Shown piece by piece: positions 40,516 through 52,000 of a stretch of DNA of 64,000 nucleotides. The position numbers and the translations under genes were made by a program. A model generated the notes under the pieces. The model ran no database searches and was not told the origin of the DNA. It worked only from the letters and a program-made list of their open reading frames with translations. The DNA is from Raillietiella orientalis (lineage: Eukaryota). Each line of letters opens with the position of its first letter. Position 1 is the stretch's first letter. Where the stretch lies: the NCBI GenBank assembly GCA_036172245.1, contig JAYWIR010000023.1, positions 558,001 to 622,000 on the forward strand. Reading direction: 5' to 3'.

Positions 40516-43500
40516 AATTCTGTTAGATTTTGGTGAGTGCAACAAATCTCGGAAGGACTGTCCATGATTTTCATCGTTTTGTTATCCTGTCAGAAACACG
40601 CGGAAACAGCTCTTCACACTGCCGGTGACCCGAGACACATCCCCAGCAAATGTCTCGTTCATATTGGATACTGGCGCACACCATCCTCTTCATCCCCCCT
40701 TTTCGTGTGTGCGAGGGATCCCAAGTTCTCTGTTGCTTTTGAGCATCTCTAGAGCAAATGCGACGATGGGATGCGAGTGCTGCAACGAAAAGAGGAATGG
40801 CACTCCTTCATCGTGAAGCATCGAGTTCAGGAGCCATGCACGTCTTGCGTTAGACAACATCGTTTGTCCAGACGATTCCTGTGCACCGGTGGTCACTTGC
40901 GGCTCTCCCGCCGAAGCTTCACACAACGAGCTACTCGGTCCAGCGTCCTGTCCGTGCCAGCGACGACCACAGGAAGCGGCGTGGATGATTGTGCGGGAAG
41001 AGTTTTCCCGGCACACAACCTCAGTCGTTGCGTGAGAAATCCGCCCTCGACTTCGTTTATTAAGGGACGTGACAATCCGGCGCCGACCCCATCGAGCAAG
41101 CGACTCCGGGATAATGGGGAGCTGGCTGGCTTCGAACCAACCAGCCTTGAGAAAACGACCGGACCGGACCTGGTGCGGCTCAAGGGCGAAGATCGAGTCC
41201 CCGTGCCCGACGGCGCCTACTCGATGTGGGCATGCGGCAACGACGTCGGAAGAGACGCGGAACACAAGAAGAAACCGTCCTTCTCGTTCACTTGCAAAGC
41301 CTCGGCGAGCGCACCACCGGTCAACGCGGAATCGTTTCGTGGGCGGCTTAGCAGCCAGCCGGGACTGAACGGTCACGGACGCTCACCTCGAGTTCCGTGA
41401 ACAAGAATAAGCAAAAAACCATTTTGCATGTGCTAAACCATGGTATGCGACTTTTTTTTCTTTTGGATGAAATGGGTGACAAATTACAGTCAAGTGGTTT
41501 ATACCCAATTGGACGAGATCGGGATTCCTCACTGTATCTGAAAACTGTATGGTTACGGAGCATTTGTGCCGAAAATAACAGCAAAGATAAGACGGGGGAA
41601 CGACATTCAAGACATTCGAAACCTGGAAAGGAAAACGAGGATCAAAAAAAGGTTTATGAGCACAGTTTCTGCACCATAGAATGTCCTGAGCAGACGTCAA
41701 ATAGCCTGCACAAGCAGGAAAAAAACGGAAGCAGGATGCGTGAAATCCACAATGTTGCTCAAAAGGGAATACGGAAGGCGCTTGTAAACTCGGGATACAT
41801 ACATTTTGGATGGGTGCAGGCGCGTGGTAGAAAAACCAGAGTGAAGAGAGAGGGAGCGTCAATTTTTCATGGGAAAAGGTTCGCGTCAAAGATCGTCCTT
41901 AAAGAACGTCGCCTCCGAACCCGCGCTCACGGTGGTGGGCGTTTCATTTCGTTTGAAATGGGAATATTTGTCATCTCTTTTTGCGTAAGGGGGGGCCACT
42001 GGGAGGAAACGAAATAGAAAACGACAACGTCGGCAGCAGCGCCATCTCGATGTGAACCAACACAGCATTAAAAGAGGGGAGGAAGAGCGTCTACGGAGTT
42101 TCAAGCCTGACGTTATGTGGGTCAGTGGTGCAGCCGAACAAAGAACTTTTCGTGCACTCGGTGTCCTCCGTTTCTTTCAGGGCCCTCCGTTTGCAGACGC
42201 TGCGCGGCTCAGGGCGGAGAAAACGCGAGAAGCCCATTCGCGGCGGATGAAACAAGATGCTCCATCTTTTGCGCAGATTCGATTGAGGGGGGAACCTTCC
42301 TGAATTCGGGCCTCGCAATGCGCGAGTTGCCGGATCGGACAGATCGGGGAATTCTTCAACAACACGCAACGCTCGCCAATTCAAAAGAAGAACCACTTTC
42401 CCATCACTGGAAAGCCGAAAAAAAAAAAAAAAAAAAAATGCTCGTCCAATACGATCTAAATAAGAACTTTGCTTTTGCTTGTCGTTTTCTTGCTCTTTTA
42501 ATTGGGAACCGATGCGAGCTGCTGGGCAGGGAGAGCGGGCTGCTAGAGAACGTGTCTTCCTATCCCCCCCCCCCCACCCCACCCCAAAAAAAAAGAGTGT
42601 GAAAATCCCGGTTCGTTCCAGCTTCAGAATGCAATCCACGTGAAACGCAACCACGTTCAAAAGGCGGAAGGCGTTTACGGTGTTAAGTAAACTTCCTCTG
42701 GAAAAAGAGGAGTCTCAAATGGTTTTGCGTAGAGTATGCTCCGTTCGGAAGGAGGAACAGATGAGACTCTGAAGAATGATCTGTCAGAAACTCAAGCAGT
42801 ATGAGATCGAGCCGGTTCCTCCTATGCACCGGATGGACGGTGGTCAGTTTGCAGTGATTCACGAAACCTGGCGTTCGCAACCAAAGTAAAGACGAGCTGT
42901 TCTTAAGCAGTGCATGGAAACGTGCAAATAGGGAAATTTCATCGTCCAGAATTTTCCCGTTTGCCCTTCGGTCGCGCTTTTGTTTTCATCTTCACTAAGT
43001 TTGGGTTTGATTGATGTGGCTGAATCGAACCCTTCCCTCACTTCACGAGAATACATCCTCCCTGCACTTTTCCTCGTTGATGCATGAGATTCGAATCCGA
43101 GATCTCGGAAACATGCAATGTCAGAGAGACTCACTACACTCGCGTACTGCATTACATTTCTTATTTCTCGGGAGGCGGAAAATTCAACACGCCGAACAGC
43201 AAATTGTATCAAATGTTGTTTTTAACGTGTCGGACTCACTTTGATCAGACGCAAATCACAGGCTGAAACTTCGACAGTGAGCGTGTAAGGTTCGTGTTGA
43301 TCTCTTTGTTTTTTCTTCCGCTGCTGTTTTCGGAACAGGAGAGGATTTCCACAGTTTCCCGTGTCTCGCACTCGCTTGTTTTCCTGGATGTGTGGGCAAG
43401 GATCGGACGTATGAACCATTGAGGGGTGCATTCTTGGTTTTGCATTGCACCCTGCAATCTCAAACGTTTCCAGTCGGCTAAAATAACACACCGGCTTCTG

Positions 43501-44960
43501 TTTTACTCACTCTTCCTTTTTTCTCCCTTTTTTTTTTTTTTACCTTGCTCAAAAGTAAAGAATTAAAGCATCCCCCATCTCCGCTGCTTCGCAACGAGAA
43601 GCTGCCTCGGCAAAAACGCACTCGAAGCGATCAGTGCGTTTTTATAGAAACAACGGAAGGAAAAGTTTTTTATCTGCGCGCTGAGATCCGTTTTTTTTTT
43701 TTTTTTTGGCTGCTTTTCTATTTGCTGCGACGTGCTGAAAGGTAAGAGCCGGGACAGAAAACTAAAGGATGTCTTCCCAGAGGTCCACCGGTTTTGTTTC
43801 GCGGGAAGAGACGATGAATACGAACCTTTGTCGGGAGTGGAGAGTCAGTAACCGTTTTACATGGGGGCGAGCACGGACTGAAGGGTGCTAATCATAGCCA
43901 GAATTCATAGAATCAGGTGAGTCACCTGGATGCCGGTCATGTTAGTCATTCATCCTGCAGGGTTTGCAAGCAAGGCCACCAACGCTAGGAACAGTCATCT
44001 TCCATTTCACGCTCAAGGAAAGAAATAAAACGAAGATTCAAAAACTGACGAATCCTTGAAGGGAATGAAAGGGATGAAATCCTTGAAATCATCATTAAAT
44101 TCCTAGAAAACATCAATTCTTCTCGAGTGAAAAACACAAAGATTTCGACATGCTGATCCGAGCATTATGAGGAACTCAAAAAGCGCTATCCGACAGAAGA
44201 AACTGTTCTTCGACGCACATCAAATTCGCATGGTTTCTTGCTTTGCCCTGTCTCCAAGGTTTGTCTTCGTTGCCGGTGAGACATAGGTTTCCGTGACATT
44301 TCGCTATGATCTCAAGGAAGGCACACCTGTCAAATTCCATTTCTCTATGGAAGGCACGCGCCGGATCCGGAAGGGAAAAAAGAACAAAAAAAACGCGAAT
44401 GACGACACGTGTTTAGTCAGAGTAGCCTGTGGCAGGGGCTGCAGCACTTGTGAACCATCCGTTTTCGAAGGCCGGTCTATCAGGTGGCAGGGAAGGTTTT
44501 GACCGTGCTCGCTGCTGCCCACCTCGTCGGCTGCCACGGAGCAAAGCCAATTGCACTCAAGAGACTGTTTCCAGGCAGTTTGTCATTGTGGGTGCGCTCA
44601 CTCGTTGTTTTCCGGGATGGATTCTCTCTCTCTCTCTCTCTACCTCCCCCCCCTCTCTCTCCTTCTCCTCTTGCTGTCAAGAAAATCTGCTCCGATACGG
44701 GCGAAATTCTCATCACTTTGGAAACTTTTTGTGACATACTCCCGGAGCCCAGCTCCCCGTAGGATTTCCCTTCCACCCCGAACGAGCTGCACTGGTCGCG
44801 AGAAAGAAAACGGAAATTCTCCTAGACGCGGCGCGGGTTCGATTCGTCACTCCCGTGGTGAGGAAAACAAAAGGCAAATAAGGTGCAAAGGCCACAAGCA
44901 AAGTCACTTACCAGCAGTTTGGAGCAGAAAGCACAGAATCGCAGGTATCCTTGTCTTCAT
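26206..44960 (-). CDS. Obstructor/CPAP3-type cuticular protein with signal peptide and three type-2 chitin-binding domains, 239 aa
   Basis: Exons 44960-44912 (MKTRIPAILCFLLQTA, G|GTAAGT), 27020-26805, 26753-26547, 26500-26287, 26239-26206; total 720 nt with all phases matching. Domains QCDKYYEC..KLCPDGFVF..CDYPVNVDC, CPRQNG..CDRYITC..LHFD..TCSWP, YPHPKDCQKFYVCLNG..CDLPPNVPGCHEWY. Exons 2-5 near-certain; exon 1 inferred. Confidence 0.88.
27700..29500 (-). mobile_element. Possible decayed RTE-like non-LTR element
   Basis: LG..MNARV (~29385-29357) resembles the APE GDxNARVG motif; a DR..-type terminal motif near 27750; otherwise unreadable. Confidence 0.25.
30190..30620 (+). mobile_element. Possible Penelope-like element remnant (linker plus GIY-YIG)
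   Basis: LSFPYIRGKLKRSWK resembles the LPYIxGxSE linker; TC...EKIYMAHS resembles C..YIG.T; LASHF..GSH resembles ALAxH..GH; with stops and frameshifts. Confidence 0.3.
31730..34760 (+). mobile_element. NeSL/Utopia-like (R2 superfamily) non-LTR retrotransposon remnant, copy A: N-terminal zinc-finger region plus first half of RT
   Basis: VTVLFPIQVPLQ (~32756) and LLHHLQ zinc-finger-like repeats; ORF 33937-34758 has WKSAGH...PPVQERACTVVFRNG...ARPDV (RT0-2) and KEEGICAQFLLRAAIQSSWRER...SLDRGNRFPMAPR (decayed EGCxEHNF...WLDLxNAFGSVPH). Confidence 0.6.
35300..35750 (+). mobile_element. I-clade non-LTR remnant (RNase H end plus C-terminus)
   Basis: VTAWISSESAGT resembles WIPSHxGI; GKFL..RIKP..W...SLCNGHT resembles GNKL..IKP..W...RLRxGHT. 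Confidence 0.35.
37427..37455. repeat. Perfect 13-bp inverted repeat with GAA loop
   Basis: TTGACGGTGCACA-GAA-TGTGCACCGTCAA. Confidence 0.9.
37640..37690 (+). repeat. (GA)n / poly-G / (GA)n / poly-A compound purine microsatellite
   Basis: Directly visible. Confidence 0.9.
40190..41400 (+). mobile_element. Ty3/Gypsy LTR-retrotransposon internal remnant (gag, protease, start of RT)
   Basis: In order: LLPPL...LQASLASRG and RKLRQLL (gag-like), VSFILDTGA (aspartic protease, ~40652-40678), RANAT, HSFIV..VQEP, then VPVPDGAYSMWACGND resembling VPKKDGxWRPCGDY; LTRs not recognised. Confidence 0.6.
42900..44280 (+). mobile_element. Jockey-like non-LTR RT remnant
   Basis: AWKRAN (RT1), TRVLHYIS...MLFLTCRTHFDQTQITG (resembles FLDxxKAFDxVWxxGL), a GVPQG-like segment near 43420 and TVLRRTSNSHGF near 44200. 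Confidence 0.45.
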
Positions 44961-45027
44961 CGTACTGCTCAATCCAGGATCCGGAACCACTTCTTTGAAA
45001 GCAGCTTGGAAAGTACAAACAGTCCAG

Positions 45028-45035
45028 TTTTTATA
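45028..45035 (-). promoter_or_regulatory. TATA box of the obstructor-like gene
   Basis: TATAAAAA on - strand ~70 nt upstream of the ATG at 44960. Confidence 0.65.
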
Positions 45036-45049
45036 GCCTCATGCGGCCT

Positions 45050-46700
45050 GAGCTAAGGCAACGCAAGAGAAAGTTCTGCGAGAGCAAGAGTGATGGTCAG
45101 GCGTAATCTGATGGGATGCGCTCGTCGTTAGTATTGGCCACGTGCAACCCGCAGAATCCCCGCAACTGGCTCGAGAATCATCCTGGGACGCTATCCTGGG
45201 CGAGCGGTGGAAACTTCTGCATTCCGGTGGCAGCCGCGTATCTCCGAAAGGCATCAACCACTAAACCAGGCCTAATTAACTTCCGCCCCACGATTCACAC
45301 TGCGAAGATGCTCGCACCAAGGGCATTCTCTCTTCGAGCCGATGACGTGTTTTGCTTGATTCGAGTCCTCCTTTCTTCTGTTTTCAGTAACGGAGACGAA
45401 AACCGAAGTTTCCGGTCAAAAGCAGACATGTCTTCCCCCCTCTTTTCGTAATCCTCTTTACGTGCTCTGAGATGATGATTCCAGGATAGATCGCCTCCCG
45501 AGTGCACCTGAAGGGGTGTTTCGACGCCGCCGCATTTGCACCTTCATTTGGACTTCCTGAGTAGGCCTTGATGATGGCTCACCCAAGGTCCGTCTGGGGA
45601 ATCGGAGGGATGCGAACCCTGTGGTCCGGAGCATCCTCATCGAATGTGCGCAAGACATGGAAGAGAAAGAACAGGGATTTCGGCATCTTCCGAAGGTGGG
45701 ATGAGAGTAGGCTCAAGTAAAAGGGAGGCACGCGGGCGGAAGACGGAAGGATTAACGGGGTCGCCCAAATGAAACCGGATGCTAAGAAGATGTTGCATGC
45801 TGCTGCGGCGGAATTTGCAAACAGTTTCATACGTGGTTATCGGTCCGTGCTTCAACAGTCTCAAGGTCGTAAACAAGCAAAAGGGAAGGAGGGAGAGGAA
45901 AATACAAGAAAACGAGACAGCGGCGACTGAGCGTCTCGGCGATGTTCCAAATCAAAAGGAACGGCGGCAGAAACAAAGACTGCAAATAAAGTTTACAGGA
46001 ACTGGGAGATGGAAGAAATGTGTTGATGTTGGTAGATGCTGGTGCATCCACACATACAAAGGCGAAACATTCTCACATGACAAAGTTTTCCGCTGGCGTT
46101 CCAGAAATCCTTTGATCGTTCCATTACTGGTTCCTCCGTCTCAGGAAGGTCAGCTTCGAGAAAAGAAATGGGTAAGAGAATCAGAAAAAAGCATCGATAC
46201 TTTAGGAATTGCTTCTTAGTGGGGATTTTGACTGGGAACTAAGACGAAGGAGACGACACGGGAGAGAATTGCACTTTCTTTGATTCTTCTTGGGAAAGAT
46301 GGGCGACGTCTAAGGAATGAACGGAATGAATCGGACTGCGGCCTTCTTTGGATACGAAAGTCTGCGATCGAGGAAGGTTCGGTTGCAACGCTGGCTGCAC
46401 CGAGGGCGTTTTCCTCTTGCCTCAGATTCACCCATGTTTTCCTGATCTCCCCAGTACTGGAGTCTCTTCTTCACGCACGGCCTTTGTCATTATATTGCTG
46501 GATGGTGGGGGCTACTCATTCAAATCACCTCCGCCTTCTGGCATTCTCCGTGAGCTGAAATCGTCGTTCACTGAAAAGAGGCCCGTCCTTCAGGAATTTT
46601 GCTGGTTTCATCGAAACGCTGGATGAGGGAGATTTCCATGCTCATGAGCGAGTCTTCAGTGAGCAACGGAGTTCGGTGCGGTAAACTGGGGTTTCGGTGG
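45050..46700 (-). mobile_element. I-clade (RNase H-bearing) non-LTR remnant
   Basis: AWKSP...MKPAK and RRFQLT (RT1/2), SGFIWATP...VPPFYL (post-RT), ASIFAV and HVANTNDER (RNase H-like) in the expected order. Confidence 0.35.
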
Positions 46701-48039
46701 AGCAGTGAAGCCATCTTGTAGTAGGGTTTGGGTTTTCGCCACTCTTCAAAAAAGGAAAGCTCCTCCAGAGCTTGTCAGATGGATCCCCAACATCACGGAA
46801 GAGTCGCGAATTTTGTGATGACCGGCGGGGCTGATCGGTCATTCCCTCCGGAATCGTTGCTTGTCCTTCGGATGGTTCATGTGCCAGACATTAGGCTTTT
46901 CCGTTGGCTTGACTTTCTGGTAAGGAAGACCGCTTCTAGCTTGTGCGCCCTTTAACAGTCTCTTCCTGACAAACGAGTGACGAAGGGCCTTCACTTCGTC
47001 GGTCGTTTGTCATCTCTTTGGTGGAGCAGCAACGCTCGTGGAGACACTTCCTGTCTTAAACGAAGAGAAGTTCGATAACCCGGTCTCGTGTCACACACCT
47101 GAGGCACGGCTTAGTCTCTTGCCCGTAGGAGATGTGACCAGCAGGAACGATGCAGATGTATGTGTCGAAGATGTGCACGGCAATAGCATGAATCGCTCGC
47201 ACATATCGGTGATTTTAGCAGTCGTGGCCAGCCTCTAATCTCTCTGAATCAAGAAGAGATTGTGATACACATCCAGAGGACTATTCAGAAGAATTGGTGG
47301 CCGTGGTCTACAATTAGTGTCGCTTTTCTGCTCAGAACTGACATGATGCTCCAAGAACAGTTGTTGTTCCGGATGCCGCCTGCCCCTCTGGGAGCTCCCC
47401 GATAGCTCTGTCATTGGCCATGAGGAGGAAAGGAGGAAAATATCAGACAACTGCCGTTCAGCTTCCCGACGGAAAGAGTCTCTGCGTCAGCAAGAGATGT
47501 GTAGTAGGGAGAGAGCTCACGATACTGCGGCGACCTGGTGGAACCTTCCAGGAAGAATCTGGTACGTTCAACATCCAGTTCTCTTGTGACATCTCTGGAA
47601 TTTTTTTTCTGGGGAGTTTCGACTGTGAAGCAGGAATCACACATGGACGGTGAGCTCGGCCAGTGGAGGTCATGGATGCGAAAACGGTGGAAATGGTGGC
47701 GCATCCCTCTCTCTCTAAGCCGGTGAAAACACCGAGCACGGCGTTAGTTACGGTAGATCTTCCGTTAAAGGATTCTGTTGTGCCCTAAAGACTCTAAAGA
47801 CAGGAGTTTCCAGGCAGTTTGAGGGTCCGACAGGCGGACGGTAGAGGGTCATTGGATTCAACCCCATCAGCGTCGTAACACATGTGTTGGCCGATGCGTG
47901 TCTAGGTCGGCCAATCTTGACCATTTACAGAAGGGAACAGAGGAAGCAGTGGTACATATCGAAAGAGTTCAGAAAGAATCTCTGTTAACCCTTCATCCAC
48001 TGTTGTAGTCGCTAGTCTGCCGGTTTGAAATCTGCTGCT

Positions 48040-48290
48040 TCATTTTGGAATGTGTAGAGGTGAGAGAACAGGTACATAGTCTTAGAAGATGCATGAAACG
48101 GTCAAATGGAATCGATATGCCAATGAAAGATACGTGTAGAAAATGCGAAGTGCATATCATGCACGGGAAGTACTCATGTGTGTGATCTCAGCTGCATAAA
48201 TCCATCAATACCGTTAAGCAGAAACTCATCTCAAGGAACATCAAGCCGAAACATAAAGATTCGTTTGCAGGAAGTCAAAGCGCACAAGGA
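48040..48290 (+). mobile_element. Non-LTR ORF1 (gag-like zinc knuckle) remnant
   Basis: VEVREQVHSLRRCMKR and KCISCTGSTHVCDLSC resemble the I/Jockey-group ORF1 CCHC knuckles. Confidence 0.4.
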
Positions 48291-48304
48291 GGCACTAACC
48301 AAGA

Positions 48305-49080
48305 TAGAACATGTCTCAAGATAGAGCATGAGAAGTTGGTGTTGATTCTGATCCGGGATTGTCCAATTCCTTTGTCTTTGTTGCAAGCCTTATGTTTGCT
48401 GATAAATATCACTAACAGCACTTAAGATATGATCAGCTGGACCAGCAGGTTTAAGGAAATCATCTTCGCATACATCATCATTCACAGCTTCTTTCTTTCT
48501 TTCTTTCATTTTTTCCATCTCTCGGAGGCAGATTAGCGTTTGGAACCTCCTAATCTGCGCAACGCTTGTTTTATTTTTCCACCAGGCTGCATCGATTCCA
48601 GCATTTTTTCCAATGAGGATTAAAAAATATTTTTTTTTCATTTGGAGCATCTTCTCTTTCTACATCGAATCCAGAATTACCAGGTGGTAACTCACGAGCT
48701 TGGACCCTAACCCGATCAATATTTTCTAACCAGCCATCATGCATCCCCTTTTCTTCCTTGTTCCGATGATAAGAATTATCTCATTAAAAATGACCTTCTT
48801 CTGATTCTTCTTTGATACTCAATGGAGTTATTTGTAACCCTTCGTCACGTTCTAAAGTTTTGCCTTCTTGCCCAGGCAGGGATACCTGAGTTTTTCATAA
48901 TATCGTATTTACCATTATTGTCAGTTTCTTCTTCTTCAGCGGAATCCAAGGAGTGCTTCTTTTGAGTAGCAGCATCAGCTGCCTCTTTATTATCGGACTG
49001 TTCTCCAGAAACAGAATCGCCTTCGCTATCGTAAGGGAATTTCTTCTTCGAAATATCGACTTTTCGATGCTTCAAACTCC
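48305..49080 (-). pseudogene. CD2BP2: Processed pseudogene of CD2BP2 / U5-52K (Drosophila holn1), lacking the C-terminal GYF domain
   Basis: Translation across frameshifts: KHSLDSAEEEE..KYDIM...GQEGKTLERDEGLQITPLSIKEESEEGHF**...HDGWLENIDRVRV...MLESMQPG..IKQALRRLGG...ADHILS..DIYQQT...DMF, collinear with CD2BP2 (KHSLDSDEE, GQE, ITPFNLxEEMEEGHFD, DxWLDNIDWV, ALRRLG, VYQET, LDMF). In-frame TAA TGA at 48786-48781, several frameshifts, no introns. Confidence 0.85.
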
Positions 49081-49099
49081 TGCCAACGATAAGGGATCG

Positions 49100-52000
49100 G
49101 CGAACCGCATCGCATGCTGGCACGGGAGGGGGGGGGGGGGTCACAGACTTAGGTAAAACGCGGGGCACGACCACGATTGCTAGTGAGAAGGGATCCGACC
49201 CCACTCCAGAGTAATCAGCATCTGACTGAAGTGGAACGAGAATCTCGATCGATTAGGGGCATAGGGAGAAGGGGATGGGGGCATGGGAAGCGAACGAGTA
49301 ACGAAGACCAGGGACTGTGCTGGGTGATACATGGGAGATCCTGGCATCCCCATCTGAATTGAATCCGGCATATTAAGAGAGACACCGGTAGTGGCATGCT
49401 ACATAGCAGTCGGAGGGAAAATGACTGCCAAGAGCATGGAGCACTGCCTAGGGATGCATCCGACTGGATGAAGTCCTTCGAAGCAGCAATCAGCAGTTCA
49501 CCTGTTTCATCCAGTCCTCAGCATCCTTCTTGCGAGCGCGAGGAAACGGTTAAACGTGGGTCCATGGAGGTTTCCGGGAATCTCGAAGAAGGAATCAAAT
49601 AGGGAAGAAGAGATCAGGAGGCGGACTGCACCGCATAGGGATGCCCCCAGCACGTTCCGACTTCAGGTCCATAGAATCGACTCCTGTGCCATGAGAGACA
49701 TTGCATGTCCTGCCAGGCAGCAGTTCGAAGGGAGTGGAGATGGAACAAGGCTGCAATGCGGGGCAAGGCCAAGTGATGCAAGCACGAGACTGGGCAAGAT
49801 GACTTGCGTGCCTCCGACCAGCGGAGTGAATGAAATTACCATGGGACGCACGCTATGCCGACGATAAAACATGAAGAGAGTCCGGAAGCGGGAAGGAAGG
49901 AGGGGGAGGATAAACTCAGAACCAGCTACCCTAGGTAGAACTCCGGTGAATGGGAAAGGGAATCCAAGAGGGGATCTGTGTTCAAAGACCGGTTCGAAAA
50001 TGAAAGATTTCAGGGGCTGAATAATGCGGAGGACCCATGCTGGGACAGCTTTGAGAAAAGAACCGATGCGGCTAATGGAGGAAGTCCACGACCTGTTTTG
50101 GAAATGAATCGACACAGAGTGATTCCAGGAAGGGAGCTGGTTGGTGCAGAGAATCGTAGAGGAATACAAAAGTCATATCGCAGCAGCAAACGGTGGGAAG
50201 TGAGGAAAATTCTGGAAATTAAAGAACACGAATTGGGATTTCTCATCGAAGCAGAAGTGTCGAAGGCACTCTGTGCCCACGTTTGCGGTTTGCGTTTTGC
50301 TGTGGATGCCTTGGTAACGGAGGGCATCAGAATAGGAAGGAACAGGTAGCGCATTTGGTTCATAGACTACTTAAAGCAGAGGGGGTGGCTTCGGCACTGC
50401 ATAAGTCACGAGGCGCCTCTATAGGATCCTAGGGAATCTCCTACCATCTGCGGATCCAGGGGCAGTAATGCCAACGGAAACCTTTGACAGGAGAAGAACA
50501 GGTTGGAAAGAGGCGTGAACCGGTGGTTGTATTCATCTCCTATAATGCAGAAAAATCACCTTGCAAATATAGAGGGCTCTAGAAGAGTGTGAAAGTGCTC
50601 CATCGACGAACCAGGTCATCTGCCTACAGAAGAAGAAACTCCTACCACAGGATAGAGACCTAGAAAAAACTTTGCACCACATACTAGACCCGACGAAGCT
50701 AAAAGATCGTCACAGGGTCCATGCATTGCGTTCATGGACCTCGCGAAGGCATTCGGAACGGCCCTGAACGAATCACGTCATGGGATTCTGAGAAAGAGAA
50801 GAGTATGAGGGATCTTAGAAAGGAATCATCATCGAAAACCGTTACACACGAGGGCAAACGCCTGTACAGAAGGAATTACAGGCAGCAGGGATGTTCAGAT
50901 CTGTCGAGGAGTGAAACGGAGATGCCTCGTCGGCTCTCTTTCCTTCAATGTAGCTACTGAACCACTTTTATGCAGGATGAGATCTCAGTTCCAGAGAGCA
51001 GTTTATGCTGGCACACACAGACGATCTGGTATTGATAGTCTAGCCCATAGGTTCTCAAAGTGGGCGATAGAGCGATTCAGGGGGGCGACAGTAACCTCAA
51101 GGGAAATCGGGGGGCGTTGAATAAAAATAGGGGGCGGCGGTGAAAGAATAAAGAAAGAGGAGACGAGAAAATTTTTAAAAAAATGTTCGTACACGTTTCA
51201 TATGTTGTGTGCCATGGGAAGTCGTAGTGATTCGGTACTTTGTTTTCCAAATAAACATGCAAAATGCAAGTTGCCATTTCTTAGTGGTCACGTCTGCCGA
51301 CGGGCCCCAAGCACGCTAGTGTTGACAGACGAGCGTGTCGCGCGCTGTCGGAAAATCCAGCATGCATCTGCAGGAATATATGGGTGCAATTCCTTGTTTA
51401 CAATACGATACTATTGATAGGCGAAATTATGAAATCAAATTTAGATTGCTCTGAACTGTGTGAGAAGCAGTTCAAAAAAATAGTGCAAATGCATTAGCTT
51501 TTTAAATTGGTTTTGAACAGCAAGTTACTCGTGAGTGCTTGCTTTCCAAAGTGGGCGATATCGCCCCCTGGTGGGCGCTGGAACTATTCGGGAGGGGGGG
51601 GGGAGCGCTGAGTAATTTTTTATCTGAAAAAGGGGCGGTAGGCCAAATAAGTTTGGGAGTCTGTGGTAAAACCAGATGGTAGACCACTCGAGCGCCTTTG
51701 CAGATTTTACTAACGGTGTCCCAACTCTGAGCGATTTGTAAATCCCAGACATCGCACGCCACTGCATTTTGCAGCAAAGAAGCCAAGAGGGATGAGAAAA
51801 ACTACCTTAAAGCCGGCCAAGATGGTCTCCCGGTAGTCGACTTTGGCGAGGTGTGCAGATGACTGGGCAAATCGTTGAGCCCGGCATTGTTCTCTTGTGA
51901 GCCAACGAAGCGACAAATTCCGGCAAAGGGAGTAGTCGTGTTGGATTGGAGGTCGTCTGCTCCACGGAAACTTTCCTTCCCAGCCCTGTACACTAGGAGC

